Position numbers and translations under genes: made by a program. Of a stretch of DNA of 64,000 nt, positions 50,401 through 60,384 are shown one piece after another. Below the pieces are notes generated by a model. That model had not been told where the DNA came from, made no database searches, and worked only from the letters and a program-made list of their open reading frames with translations. The DNA lies in assembly GCA_963665665.1 (NCBI GenBank), contig OY762428.1:2336001-2400000 (forward strand). The letters run 5' to 3'. The first letter of the stretch is position 1; every line of letters starts with the position of its first letter. Origin of the DNA: Candidatus Kapaibacterium sp. Its GTDB lineage: Bacteria; Bacteroidota; Ignavibacteria; Kapaibacteriales; UBA2268.

Positions 50401-53400
50401 CATGCCCCCTGATTTTGCCATCGCTGCCACGCCATGCAAGCATCATTTCCACGTCCTCTCCGTGCTGCATCTCGCCAACAAGCCAGTCCCAGTCAGGGAA
50501 TTGCGAATCTTCATCGCGCTCGTTCCTGGCGCTGTGAGCGAAACCTCCGCCGTTTGTTGTATCGGGAGAGTTAATAACAGAATCAGGTGGAATTTCGAAG
50601 CTTTGGAATTTAACTTTTATCGGCAGCCTGTGTTTATCAATATAAGCCAGCTTGCCTTGTACGAAATTAACAATTGAAGATACTCCCTTGTTGGGCTCTC
50701 TTTTCATTAGTTTACTTAGTTCATATAACTTGCCGCGCAGCGAATCATCAATCGAAAATTCGTCATGGACTTCGTCTAACCAGTGCAGGCTGTTTGCTGC
50801 TGCTGCCGGAGCGCATGCATTTCTGTCGCCGGCATAGCCTTCCACATCATCGTCGCCGTATTCGCGGTCGTTAAGGTCGATATTATAAACATCACAGCCG
50901 CGATAAACAGTATCCCTTAGCGGATCGTCAGCGTCAAACACCAGTTCGGGAACATCCTCTGGCTCGGCGTTGAAATCGTCATTAAGGTTGATACCGCCGG
51001 GAATATCGAAATCAACGTCACCAACATCAACTTCTATCCATTTGTCAATTTGCTCAGGCTCCTCCCATGGATTAATAGTTATAGATGTTCCAATATGCAT
51101 TGACTCTACATCATCGCCTGCTGTAACCCCCAGCCTTGCAAGATCGACACCATAAGCCATTGAGTGCCTTCTCGGGAAGGGCATTATTGGCAGGTTGGGA
51201 ATCAGCCATACTGGTTCGTCAGATTCTTCAATTTTGGCAAACACCTGCAGGTATTTAAGCTCTTCCGACGGATTGAAAATTGCGCTGAAATAAGCTCCGG
51301 TCGTCAGATTTCCATCGTCGGGATCCAGCATATTCGTCTGGTTCATTTCTATACTTTCTTCATCCACAGAAAATTGAACGGTGGAATCATAACTTTCGGA
51401 AACAACATCCTCGACAACCCGAACATAAGTTTGCCCGGATGAATCAGCCCAGGGTTTGCCAAGTATTACCATTTGTCCGCGGCTGGTATTATAAGTATTC
51501 CATGCCATTTCCTCTTCTCGGGTATCGGTGTTTATGCTGTCATTAGCCCGTGACTGGTTGCGGTCGTGTTTGAATTTGATTTTATTTACTCCCCCGTCGT
51601 CGCCTGCGCCTGTAACGGCTACTTTATGGCCGCCGGTTCTTTCCAGGTCGAATCGGAATCCGTTTATTCCCCCGGCAGGTATGGTAAACTTATATGTACC
51701 AAAAGCAAGTTCGACGTCTTCATCGTCTTCCAGCTCTCCTTTTATCCAGTCCCATTCGGGATAAGCCCCGGCAGTATCGTTATGGCATTTAGCTTTCATA
51801 TTGAACGTACTGGATGGCGCTGTTATCTCAGTCGTATCGGTATAAAATATACCCTGGAACTTAACTTTTATCGGCAGCCGGTACTTTTCAATAAACTGCA
51901 TTTTCCCTTCAATGAAGTTTACCGGCAAAGTACCACTACTATCAGCCCTGCCCATCATACCACTGAGTTCGCGTAGTTTTTCCCTGGCCTCGTCCATTTC
52001 GTCCGTAAATTCGATCCCGTCATGATTTGCCTGGAGCCACTGCATACTGTTTGCAGCGGCGGCCGGGGCGCAGGCATTTTCATCCCCGGCGTAACCGTTC
52101 GTGTCCGGGCCGTTACGGGAATAATCAAGGTCGATATTTGTAAAAGTGCAGCCATGATTGATATCAACGGTTCTCGTGTATGAGCTGTCATATTCAGGAT
52201 TAAGTATTTCATCCCAGAGATCACGTATTTTCCTCGTTGTTGTATATGTACCGCTTGCATTTGTTAAAGTACCGCTGTTTATACTTCCGGTAATAAGATC
52301 TTCTGTTCCAAGTGGCCATGTAAACCACATATCATCAACCGGCATTGGTGTTACAAGGATATCATCAGTTACTGATATTTGAACTTCAATTTCTTCAAGA
52401 TCCCATGGCGCTGAAACATTAAGCGGCTCCAGGCTGAAATCAAAAGATTTGTAAACAGGAAAATCATAAGGATAGATTTTCATATTATCAACGATGAGCG
52501 AAACTGTTGTGCTGCCGGGTGCCCTGGCAAGTATGTTCACGAATTTTTCTTCATCAGTGGGAATTGCCACAGCGCTGAAGTTGGCATAAGTTGTTGTTAA
52601 TTCCTCCTCATTTTCATGTATCCTGACTTTATTGAATTTCATTGTTTTCTTGTTCATACTGAACTGAACATTGGAATTATAGCTTTCAGAGATCATGTCA
52701 GTTACAACACAAGCCCTGTTGCCTTTGGACCATTCATCAAGCAGAGGCAATTCACTGTCGCCAATAGTTCTCCATGTCAATCCATTTTGCTCTGTTCCCC
52801 CCTCGCCGTTCTGAACATCATCATCTTTTATCCATATCCGATTTACTCCGCTGATTTGCGAAACTCCGGTAACAGTAGCTACATGGGAGCCTTTATAAAC
52901 CCACCGGGTGCCGTCCCATTCATAATAATCCATTACCATTTCAACATCTTCCCCGTCTTTCATTTCATTGTAGAGCCATGACCAGCTAAGTGGATTCAAA
53001 TCCGTATCTGTTCTGCTTTGATTATCTGCGCTGTGGCCGTATTTATCATTCGGTGAATCAATATCGTTTGTCCTGCCGGTATATAGACTCTGGAATTTTA
53101 CACTAATCGGCAGTTTATGTTTATCAATAAAAGCCAGCTTTCCTTTTATAAAATCTTCTACAGAAACGCCGCTGTTGGGCTCGCGTCCCATCAAACCGCT
53201 TAATTCAACAAGTTTCCCCCTCAGATCCTTATCCGTAGCTATTTCCTCATGAACTTTTTCCAGCCAGTGCATGCTGTTTGCAGCGGCGGCGGGAGCACAG
53301 GCATTTTTATCGCCCGCGTAGCCTTCAGCTGAACCCGGAGGGTTGGCAGCCGAATCGAGGTCAATATTAGGTATGTTGCATCCACGGTAAATAATATAAT

Positions 53401-53953
53401 CCTTATAGCTGTCCAGTATAACGCTGTAATCAATATCTGTGAAAGTAATTTCGTAAGGTTCAAACCGGCTGAAAGTATATACCGGATCGTGCAGCGCCCC
53501 GGAACTTCCAATTGCAGCCGGAAATGGTGCTACTTCAATAGGCCTGAAATCAGATAATTGAAGATCAGGCATCTCAAGAATATAATCTCCGTCAGTATAG
53601 AAAATTTCCAGCATTTCCAGTGGCGTTCCCGGTTCGAATCCCATTTCTATCAAATCAAAATTATAGGACATAACCTGGGTATTCTCGAAAATTGGTATCG
53701 GAAAGTTTTTAATAACCCAGAAATATTCATCTGAAGTTGGCAATTTTGCACAGACATTCAGAAAGAATAGTCCGCCGACGGGAGCAACCTCACCCATAAG
53801 CCGGGCAGTTGTAGAGAACTGCTGGTCATAAGGTTCAATCCAGTCAACCTGCTTCACGAAGTATGGTGTAAACACCTGGCTGAGTGCAATATTCGCTGAA
53901 AAGAACGCGAATATCAATGCAATTATATAAGTGGAATGGAATTTTGGCTTCAT
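47483..53953 (-). CDS. Giant secreted protein with five tandem papain-fold (C39-like) domains and FlgD/T9SS-type CTD
   Basis: Four repeats of GD-x-NAC-x-PA-x-AANS..H-x-x-x-V-[TS]-G..K-x-D plus one degenerate repeat; signal peptide; C-terminal WNG..VSSGNYIL. Confidence 0.8.
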   Translation of the reverse strand: MKPKFHSTYIIALIFAFFSANIALSQVFTPYFVKQVDWIEPYDQQFSTTARLMGEVAPVGGLFFLNVCAKLPTSDEYFWVIKNFPIPIFENTQVMSYNFDLIEMGFEPGTPLEMLEIFYTDGDYILEMPDLQLSDFRPIEVAPFPAAIGSSGALHDPVYTFSRFEPYEITFTDIDYSVILDSYKDYIIYRGCNIPNIDLDSAANPPGSAEGYAGDKNACAPAAAANSMHWLEKVHEEIATDKDLRGKLVELSGLMGREPNSGVSVEDFIKGKLAFIDKHKLPISVKFQSLYTGRTNDIDSPNDKYGHSADNQSRTDTDLNPLSWSWLYNEMKDGEDVEMVMDYYEWDGTRWVYKGSHVATVTGVSQISGVNRIWIKDDDVQNGEGGTEQNGLTWRTIGDSELPLLDEWSKGNRACVVTDMISESYNSNVQFSMNKKTMKFNKVRIHENEEELTTTYANFSAVAIPTDEEKFVNILARAPGSTTVSLIVDNMKIYPYDFPVYKSFDFSLEPLNVSAPWDLEEIEVQISVTDDILVTPMPVDDMWFTWPLGTEDLITGSINSGTLTNASGTYTTTRKIRDLWDEILNPEYDSSYTRTVDINHGCTFTNIDLDYSRNGPDTNGYAGDENACAPAAAANSMQWLQANHDGIEFTDEMDEAREKLRELSGMMGRADSSGTLPVNFIEGKMQFIEKYRLPIKVKFQGIFYTDTTEITAPSSTFNMKAKCHNDTAGAYPEWDWIKGELEDDEDVELAFGTYKFTIPAGGINGFRFDLERTGGHKVAVTGAGDDGGVNKIKFKHDRNQSRANDSINTDTREEEMAWNTYNTSRGQMVILGKPWADSSGQTYVRVVEDVVSESYDSTVQFSVDEESIEMNQTNMLDPDDGNLTTGAYFSAIFNPSEELKYLQVFAKIEESDEPVWLIPNLPIMPFPRRHSMAYGVDLARLGVTAGDDVESMHIGTSITINPWEEPEQIDKWIEVDVGDVDFDIPGGINLNDDFNAEPEDVPELVFDADDPLRDTVYRGCDVYNIDLNDREYGDDDVEGYAGDRNACAPAAAANSLHWLDEVHDEFSIDDSLRGKLYELSKLMKREPNKGVSSIVNFVQGKLAYIDKHRLPIKVKFQSFEIPPDSVINSPDTTNGGGFAHSARNERDEDSQFPDWDWLVGEMQHGEDVEMMLAWRGSDGKIRGHAVTVSGVATTGGVQRLWIKDDAKQRREGLGRARRRHIDESGEEILEWSTDSRGRPYIRRYGRGVRYVHSVISESYDPTVQYRVQRGTEDFGQYYSMLPGAGLTNTGNFSVVFNPSEDMGFVNVVARLNEDEEPVWLIRNMPAPPFDNYRRVSYGFDLSKLGLAAGDRLEEIEYQMSVGDENWTEPVIQDIWKTAHVDIFKINFEEGSLQDGQKDTVKMIPLSDLDYVDLALKDFLYRGCKVPNIDLDSASHNSANTEGYAGDKNACGPASAANSMQWLEKVHDEIDSKITHRKKLTELSEMMDRANERGVYTSKFIKGKLKFIQKYNLPIEVKFQTKKMKKSEIPQVTDSSGNVLKASNRNTGDSTWPTWEFLKQEMKDGEDVELEYGKYDTAGVRKGGHWVTVTGMIDIGGVRSLWIKDDLRQDSSGYGYAYSERDTTGEEFIDWDTTSTGIPILKRWGSSNRRIESIVSESYKKPKPKELKIKKVSLNKVDKPMTLASVRKGSVLFEASSNESGSPLYGNVVARKPDGTSEFWILKNALIMPDFDNEECLYWFDYEMMEKEIEKIQALEEIEISTFVTESPWTSQITGVDWETIPISETDYYISDGLDETALAEVSNPIAVQFSEPDTYDFIYRDIQMYQPDLNSADDDPQYTAIYSGDEGAGGPASVGASVRFIDEAHTEFNFDTEPRRTLELTSRFSGRAENSGVSLSELVAAKLQYIDSIKIKLEVQYQTPGIAPDTIFSPDGRYLHYGLKVDGNAGGYPTWDYLKSALDSNMGVELAVQWISPNGEALAGQFVSVSGISNAAGVNSVWIVSDTKENAAGGIEEHFLSWVHGDSGQPILAEWSSSDTLCYIVGIIGQKYNSEMEFAEVGVIDKEQILPEITIVRNPSEKDEAVRIQLAVPEDIKVEMEIYDIKGNLVSHIADKWLTEGRHEFVWNGTYPNGAAVSSGNYILILRTGKGQSFNRIIKW

Positions 53954-54324
53954 AATGGACTCCGAATATCAACAATGAATATAATTAATTTCAAATATAT
54001 TGTTATTCAAGAGTGGCCGCGCTTTGGATCTGATCAAAGATATGCGTAGTATCAAATCAATACTTTAGGTAAAACTAAAGTACTGAGTAATTCCTGATAT
54101 GAAATATAATTAATTTACACTATAATACAAAATGAATTATCACTTCGCTAATTATAAATGAGATTAAGCTTTACTTTAAAAATAAATATTCTTAATTTAT
54201 ATAGTTTAATTCTACAAAGTTTCTGCCTGTGACTTAGTATAGGTTTGATTGGGTAGAATTGATTTAATTGTAAGTTGGAATTGTATGACAAAGTAAAAGA
54301 ATTTTTGACAGGGAGAAAATCTAA

Positions 54325-54837
54325 ATGAAAATTATAAAGAATATGAACAGGTTTGTTTTATTATTATTGATTCTTATTCCGATTCAGCTTCAGATAATAT
54401 TTCCGGATACATATTTCAAATATCAGCTGATTGAGTATTTATCAATTTCTTTTTCCACATTGTTTATTCCACTGTGGTATTTAACAGCTTTTAAATACTT
54501 TCATAAAAGCATATCAGAAAAGAAATTAGAAAAAAATAAAATCACATCTAAAGCAAATCGCTTATTTGTGATAAATACAATTTTCATATATATTTACTTC
54601 AATTTTTTAACTGCCGGGCCTTCTGTTTTTAATATTCAATTAAATGATTTCGTTGGATTTCTTATTCCATTTCAATTATACCTCGCTATTGCCAATATTC
54701 ATGCTAACTATCATATTTCAAAAATCATTTCCCTTTACGATCATAAGAACAGGTTTATATATTTTTTCCTGTTAATGATACCGCCAATTGGCATATTTTT
54801 TATTCAACCGAAGTTAAATGAAATCAAAGAAGCCTGA
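54325..54837 (+). CDS. Hypothetical membrane protein
   Basis: 170-aa hydrophobic ORF, SD GGGAG, ends PIGIFFIQPKLN. Confidence 0.65.
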   Translation: MKIIKNMNRFVLLLLILIPIQLQIIFPDTYFKYQLIEYLSISFSTLFIPLWYLTAFKYFHKSISEKKLEKNKITSKANRLFVINTIFIYIYFNFLTAGPSVFNIQLNDFVGFLIPFQLYLAIANIHANYHISKIISLYDHKNRFIYFFLLMIPPIGIFFIQPKLNEIKEA

Positions 54838-55004
54838 GGATGGATTATTAGTTTCATCGGTCAGAAATCCAGGTAATGGAATTTCATCTGTGCACAGAAT
54901 GACCGCTCTCTAACTTATTTAGAAAGGCCCGGATACAAAAAATATGGTTTAAACATATCATTTACAATGGACTAAATTACTAATGACAATTTTCCAATTG
55001 CTAA

Positions 55005-55027
55005 CCACGAGCTAAAGCACGTGGCTA
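55005..55027. repeat. REP palindrome
   Basis: CCACGAGCTAAAGCACGTGGCTA is the reverse complement of the copies near 1154 and 1406. Confidence 0.75.
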
Positions 55028-55069
55028 TATTGTTTCGTGAACCTTCTAAATAGTTGATATTTTTCTGCA

Positions 55070-56185
55070 TTAAGCTCCTGTTTTTTTATACCTGTTCACG
55101 GCAAATGCCAGCATTCCGATTCCATAAACTGAAAGAACGGTAAACTGTTCAAGAATATCCGCAAAACCGGCTCCTTTTAGTATTACACGCCTCATAATTT
55201 TCATAAAATGAGTAACCGGATTTAGAAACGCTATTTTCTGTGCCCAATCCGGCATGCTTTCAACAGGTGTGAACAGGCCGCTCATCAGTATGAATATTAT
55301 CATAAAAAAGAAAGCGATGAACATCGATTGCTGCTGTGTTTCGGTAATTGTTGAAACCAGCATCCCGAATGACAATATTACCAGCAGGTAAATACCTGCC
55401 ATTGCAAAAAGAAGCAGAAGGTTGCCTTCTATCGGTATTTCAAAAAGGAGTTTTGCTACTACAAGCCCGAATGCCAGCTCGAAAAGCCCTATTATCCAGA
55501 ATGGTATCAACTTACCGAGTATAAACTCATGCTTCTTGATTGGTGTTACATTCAACTGCTCGATAGTTCCTATTTCCTTTTCCCGCACAATATTCATTGC
55601 TGTAAGAAACATACCAATGATTGTTACTAATATTGACAGGATGCCCGGAACCATATAATACTTATAATTCAGGTCGGGATTGTACCAGAATCTGTCAATA
55701 ATATTTATTCCGGATCTATATGATTTACTTCCGGATAATGACATTAGTATGTTTTTGTTGAAATTCATAATTATCTTTGCTGCATAGGATTGTATAACGC
55801 CTGCTGCCGAGCCGTCAACAGCATCGAGTATTATCTGTAGTTCCGGATTTTGTCCTGCAATCATATCTTTTTCAAATCCACGGGGAATTACAAGAGCCAT
55901 TCTGGCATCGTTATTCCGAATAAAATCAACAGCTTTTGCGTCGGATTCCTGTTCACTTAGAACATTGAACCTGCCCGTTGCTGAAAATTTACTTTTTAAC
56001 TGCCCCGAATAAGTGCTTTTATCGTGGTCGACAATAACAGTATCAACAATTTTTATTTCGAATGTTGCTGCATAAACAAGCACCAAAAGCTGAAAAATCG
56101 GGATTCCAAAAATTATTGGAAGCATTTGCCTGTTTCTTCTTATCTGTAAAAACTCCTTGCGGACAATATGTTTTACCCGTTTCAT
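55070..56185 (-). CDS. ABC-2 transporter permease (YbhR-like)
   Basis: KEFLQI, REKEIGTIEQLNVTP, LMSGLFTP. Confidence 0.9.
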   Translation of the reverse strand: MKRVKHIVRKEFLQIRRNRQMLPIIFGIPIFQLLVLVYAATFEIKIVDTVIVDHDKSTYSGQLKSKFSATGRFNVLSEQESDAKAVDFIRNNDARMALVIPRGFEKDMIAGQNPELQIILDAVDGSAAGVIQSYAAKIIMNFNKNILMSLSGSKSYRSGINIIDRFWYNPDLNYKYYMVPGILSILVTIIGMFLTAMNIVREKEIGTIEQLNVTPIKKHEFILGKLIPFWIIGLFELAFGLVVAKLLFEIPIEGNLLLLFAMAGIYLLVILSFGMLVSTITETQQQSMFIAFFFMIIFILMSGLFTPVESMPDWAQKIAFLNPVTHFMKIMRRVILKGAGFADILEQFTVLSVYGIGMLAFAVNRYKKTGA

Positions 56186-56190
56186 TTTAT

Positions 56191-57300
56191 TTAATCCAAT
56201 CTGATTTTAAATTTCTTAACTGAAACTAATGTAAGAAAGACTATCATCCCGAGTATGACCAATGTTTCCTTAACCAGGCTTTCAATACCAAGCCCCTTCA
56301 GCATTATTGATTTTACAATAACAAGGAACCACCTGGCAGGTATAATATTACTGAAAACCTGTAACGCTACCGGCATGTTTTCTATAGGATAAATAAATCC
56401 CGAAAGCAGGATCGTCGGCATTAGTAACCCTACCATTGATATCATCAGTGCTATTTGCTGGGTTTTTGCTATCGTTGAAATAAGAATCCCCAGCAATAAT
56501 ACTGTAATAATAAAAACAAATGATAATAAAAGGAATAAAGGTATACTTCCAGCAAAGGGAACTTTGAAAATTGTAATTGATAATAGCAGAATGGTTGCAA
56601 GGTTTACAAGTGCAATAGCTATGTAGGGGATTACTTTGCCAATAATTATCAATTGTGGTTTCAAAGGAGACACAAGAAGAATTTCCATCGAGCCCATTTC
56701 TTTTTCGCGGGTTATTGCAATGGACGTCATCATTGCTGATACAAGAGTTAATATCAATACAATTAATCCGGGCACGAACATGAAAACAGATTTCATTTCA
56801 GGATTAAACAGCATTTTAATTTCCTGATTTATTGTTCTGTTGTTTCCTTCGGGCATGTTCATTGCTTCCCGATTATATGAATATACAACAGCCTGCATAT
56901 AAGAACTAAGAAGTGTTGCTTCGTTCGGGCTGCTGGCATCGTTTAAAAGCTGCATATCGGCATAGCCTTCTTTCCTGAGTTTCCTTCCAAATCCCGGCTC
57001 AAAAACCACAACCTGTTTTACTTTTCCTGATTTGAATGCCGGTTCGATATCATCCGGGCTTTGTATATCTGCTCTTATGTTGAAGTATCCGCTACCTTTT
57101 ATCTTATCTATAATTTTTTGTGTTTCAGTATCTCTTGATTTATCATAGATTCCAATATCAGCGTCTCTGATCTCAGTTCTTATTGCAAAACCGAATATGA
57201 TCAGTTGAGCTATAGGCATTCCGATCAATACAAGTAAAGTCCGGTAATCTCTGGCTATATGAATAAATTCCTTGCGGACTATTTCGAAAAATATTTTCAT
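56191..57300 (-). CDS. ABC-2 transporter permease (YbhS-like)
   Basis: KEFIHIARD, REKEMGSMEILLVSP, LLSGFIYPIENMP. Confidence 0.9.
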   Translation of the reverse strand: MKIFFEIVRKEFIHIARDYRTLLVLIGMPIAQLIIFGFAIRTEIRDADIGIYDKSRDTETQKIIDKIKGSGYFNIRADIQSPDDIEPAFKSGKVKQVVVFEPGFGRKLRKEGYADMQLLNDASSPNEATLLSSYMQAVVYSYNREAMNMPEGNNRTINQEIKMLFNPEMKSVFMFVPGLIVLILTLVSAMMTSIAITREKEMGSMEILLVSPLKPQLIIIGKVIPYIAIALVNLATILLLSITIFKVPFAGSIPLFLLLSFVFIITVLLLGILISTIAKTQQIALMISMVGLLMPTILLSGFIYPIENMPVALQVFSNIIPARWFLVIVKSIMLKGLGIESLVKETLVILGMIVFLTLVSVKKFKIRLD

Positions 57301-57324
57301 GATAAAAGACTTTAAATGTACATA

Positions 57325-58077
57325 TTAATTAATATTCTTCCGGAAACTTTCCATCCGGGCTATCCTGATAAAAACGTTATTAATGCTGTCCGAGTCATAC
57401 TTTTCTTTAAGTTCTGCCGGAGTCCCCAGGGCCTCTACCCTTCCTGCAACCATTATAGAAACACGGTCGCAGTATTCAGCTTCATCCATGTAATGGGTAG
57501 TAACAAAAACAGTTACCCCGGAATCAGAGGCTTCATATATCATATCCCAGAACTGACGGCGAGTAACAGGGTCAACACCTCCGGTAGGTTCATCCAGGAA
57601 AATTATCTTCGGGTGGTGTATCATTGCAGTGGAAAAAGCAAGTTTTTGCTTCCAGCCAAGTGGCAGGCTGCCTATCAGTTTTTTTCCGGAATCAGAAAGT
57701 CCGAGTTTATCAAGAAGTTCATTGGCCCTTGATTTTACGGTTTTCTTTTCCAATCCGTATATACCCCCGTAAAATTCGATATTTTCCATAACAGTAAGAT
57801 CTTCGTATAGAGAAAAACGCTGGCTCATGTACCCGATATTCTTTTTTATTTTTTCGGATTCCTTATACACATCAAAGCCGGCTACAAGCGCGGAACCGGA
57901 TGTAGGGCACGAAAGTCCGTTCAGCATTTTTATTGCTGTGGTTTTTCCCGCGCCGTTAGCACCGAGAAAACCAAATATTTCTCCCGATTTTACATCAAAG
58001 TTTATTTTGTCCACAGCTGTGAATTTTCCGAATTTTTTAGTCAGGTTCCTGACTCTGATAGCAATACTATTTTCCAT
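57325..58077 (-). CDS. ABC transporter ATP-binding protein
   Basis: GANGAGKTT, LPLGWKQ, FLDEPT, TTHYMDEAE. Confidence 0.93.
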   Translation of the reverse strand: MENSIAIRVRNLTKKFGKFTAVDKINFDVKSGEIFGFLGANGAGKTTAIKMLNGLSCPTSGSALVAGFDVYKESEKIKKNIGYMSQRFSLYEDLTVMENIEFYGGIYGLEKKTVKSRANELLDKLGLSDSGKKLIGSLPLGWKQKLAFSTAMIHHPKIIFLDEPTGGVDPVTRRQFWDMIYEASDSGVTVFVTTHYMDEAEYCDRVSIMVAGRVEALGTPAELKEKYDSDSINNVFIRIARMESFRKNIN

Positions 58078-59005
58078 TTTTTCTCCCGTTTTCAGCATCC
58101 TGTTTCATTGCACGGTCAATAAACACATCTTCAATTCCCGGTTGAATTTCCTCTAATCTGAAATTCTTTAAATTATTTTCTATAAGGAAGTTTTCAATAT
58201 CTTCTTTTGCATCATTATCCCGGGTTGAGAAATGTATTGAATCTCCGAAGGGAAAAACCGATGGTTTCCCCGGATAATTCCTCAACAATTTTATCATTTT
58301 ATATTTATCATGGTGATAAACAGCAAATAGTCTCTTTGCAAACAAAGACGGTATTTCCGCAGGTTTACGGCAGGCAAGCACAGAGCCGTCCTTTATTAGA
58401 GCAATGCGGTCGCAAAGTTCGGCTTCATCCATGTAGGGGGTTGATACAATTATTGTTATACCTGACTCTTTCAGCTTTTTCAGCATATCCCAAAGTTCCC
58501 GTCGCGAAACAGCATCAACACCCGTTGTGGGTTCATCCAGAATCAGTAATTCGGGTTTGTGTATCAAAGCGCAGGACAAGGCAAGTTTTTGTTTCATTCC
58601 ACCGGAAAGCCGCCCTGCCCGGCGCTTTTTGAATGGTTCTATCTGCCTGTAGATGTCTTTTATCAGGTGGTAGTTCTCATCAATGCTTGTATTAAATATT
58701 GATGCGAAAAATCTCAGGTTCTCTTCGATTGTAAGATCCGGATAAAGAGAAAACGTTCCCGGCATATAGCCGGTAATATTCCTGATTTGCCGATAGTCCT
58801 TTACAACATCGAAATCACCAACCCTTACACGTCCGCCGGAAGGCAGAAGCAAGGTGGCAATTATTCGGAAAAGGGATGTTTTGCCGGCACCATCAGGACC
58901 AATAAATCCAAACAGTTCGCCCTTTTCAATATCCAGGCATATTTCTTTAATAGCTTCTATGCCGTCGTAGTCTTTTCTTATATCTTTTATTTCAATAAAA
59001 CTCAT
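58067..59005 (-). CDS. ABC transporter ATP-binding protein
   Basis: GPDGAGKT, LSGGMKQ, ILDEPT, STPYMDEAE. Confidence 0.93.
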   Translation of the reverse strand: MSFIEIKDIRKDYDGIEAIKEICLDIEKGELFGFIGPDGAGKTSLFRIIATLLLPSGGRVRVGDFDVVKDYRQIRNITGYMPGTFSLYPDLTIEENLRFFASIFNTSIDENYHLIKDIYRQIEPFKKRRAGRLSGGMKQKLALSCALIHKPELLILDEPTTGVDAVSRRELWDMLKKLKESGITIIVSTPYMDEAELCDRIALIKDGSVLACRKPAEIPSLFAKRLFAVYHHDKYKMIKLLRNYPGKPSVFPFGDSIHFSTRDNDAKEDIENFLIENNLKNFRLEEIQPGIEDVFIDRAMKQDAENGRKNGK

Positions 59006-59299
59006 AGCATTCAGTGATAATTACTATATCAACCATATTATTTAACCATACGGTTAATACAAAGATAAAGAAATTTTATTTAAATGCAAGAAATTATTTG
59101 GCAGAACAGTTTCTATCAAACATTCTCAAAGGCTGTCTACTGTAATCACCCTCCATTATTGCTGTTTCCGGCAATACATTTTTTCAGCAAACAGAATCTC
59201 CCGGTAAAGGTATATTCTCATCATAGCCATAGCTTAAGGGTTAGCTTCGGACAGGCTGAATGAAAAAAAAGTTTCTGCAATAATTTTGAATTAACACTA

Positions 59300-60070
59300 C
59301 TATTTAAAAGCAGGCAGAAATGTTTTCTCGGGTGGATAATAAATCTTTTCGAGTATAAGGCCGTTAGGCGGGGCCAGCGGAGCCAGGTTGTTTCTCTTCC
59401 TTTCCACCAGGGTTCGGTTTATATCATCCAATGTAATTTTTCCCCGGGCATACTGAGTCATTGTGCCAACAAGCGTCCTTACCATTCCGTACAGGAAACG
59501 GTTCGCTTTAATCCTGAGCTGCCAGTAATTTGTGGATTTCTTTTCCCATTCACAGGCCTGTACGTCGCATATATGCGATTTAGTTTCGGGATTATTCTTA
59601 GAGAAAGCTGTAAAATCATGCCTGCCAAGAAAAATTTCTGCTGCCTGCTGCATTTTCTGCGGTTTATACGGATATTTGAAATAGGCAGCAAAATGACTCA
59701 GGAAAACTGATGGTTTGTCAATCAGGTGGTAGGAATATTCTCTGGCACAGGCATCGAATCGGGAATGGAACTCATCCATAACAATAGCAACGCCGTTTAT
59801 TCTTATATCTCCCGGCAGGTTAGCATTTATTGATTTCATGGTTTTCTCTCCCCGGGCGGGAAAAGGCTTCTTCAGCACGGCATGAGCTACCTGGCCCCGG
59901 GCATGAACTCCGGTGTCTGTTCTTCCTGCCCCCATTATCCCCACCTGATAGCCGCAAATTCCGCTCAATGTTTTTTCAATAACACCCTGAACCGTCCTTT
60001 TATCCGGCTGGTACTGCCACCCGCAGAATCCGGCTCCGTCATATTCTACTCTTAATATCAATGTTTGCAA
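59300..60070 (-). CDS. truA: tRNA pseudouridine(38-40) synthase
   Basis: YDG..F.GWQ, GAGRTDTGVHA, RFLYGMVR; TTG start. Confidence 0.95.
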   Translation of the reverse strand: MQTLILRVEYDGAGFCGWQYQPDKRTVQGVIEKTLSGICGYQVGIMGAGRTDTGVHARGQVAHAVLKKPFPARGEKTMKSINANLPGDIRINGVAIVMDEFHSRFDACAREYSYHLIDKPSVFLSHFAAYFKYPYKPQKMQQAAEIFLGRHDFTAFSKNNPETKSHICDVQACEWEKKSTNYWQLRIKANRFLYGMVRTLVGTMTQYARGKITLDDINRTLVERKRNNLAPLAPPNGLILEKIYYPPEKTFLPAFK

Positions 60071-60384
60071 AATATCCCATCCTTTTCATCTGAATCAATT
60101 ACACAAAAATAGTTTTTTTTGGCAAACAATACCAAATTGATCTCTCAAATATATGTACAGAAAATGCTATGTATTTTTTTATTGGCGATATGATGCCGCC
60201 TGTTTTTGAAAATTCCGAATATACGGTGATTCCGGCTATCAGAATAAAATTACCTGCGTATAGCCGGCTCATATTATATTTTCAGACAGTACTTTTGGGC
60301 AAATAATATTAGCCCTTGAATTTTCCGATGGAAAGATATACTTTTGTAATTGCAGCGTATGATAAAAATTTACGGAAAAATAAA

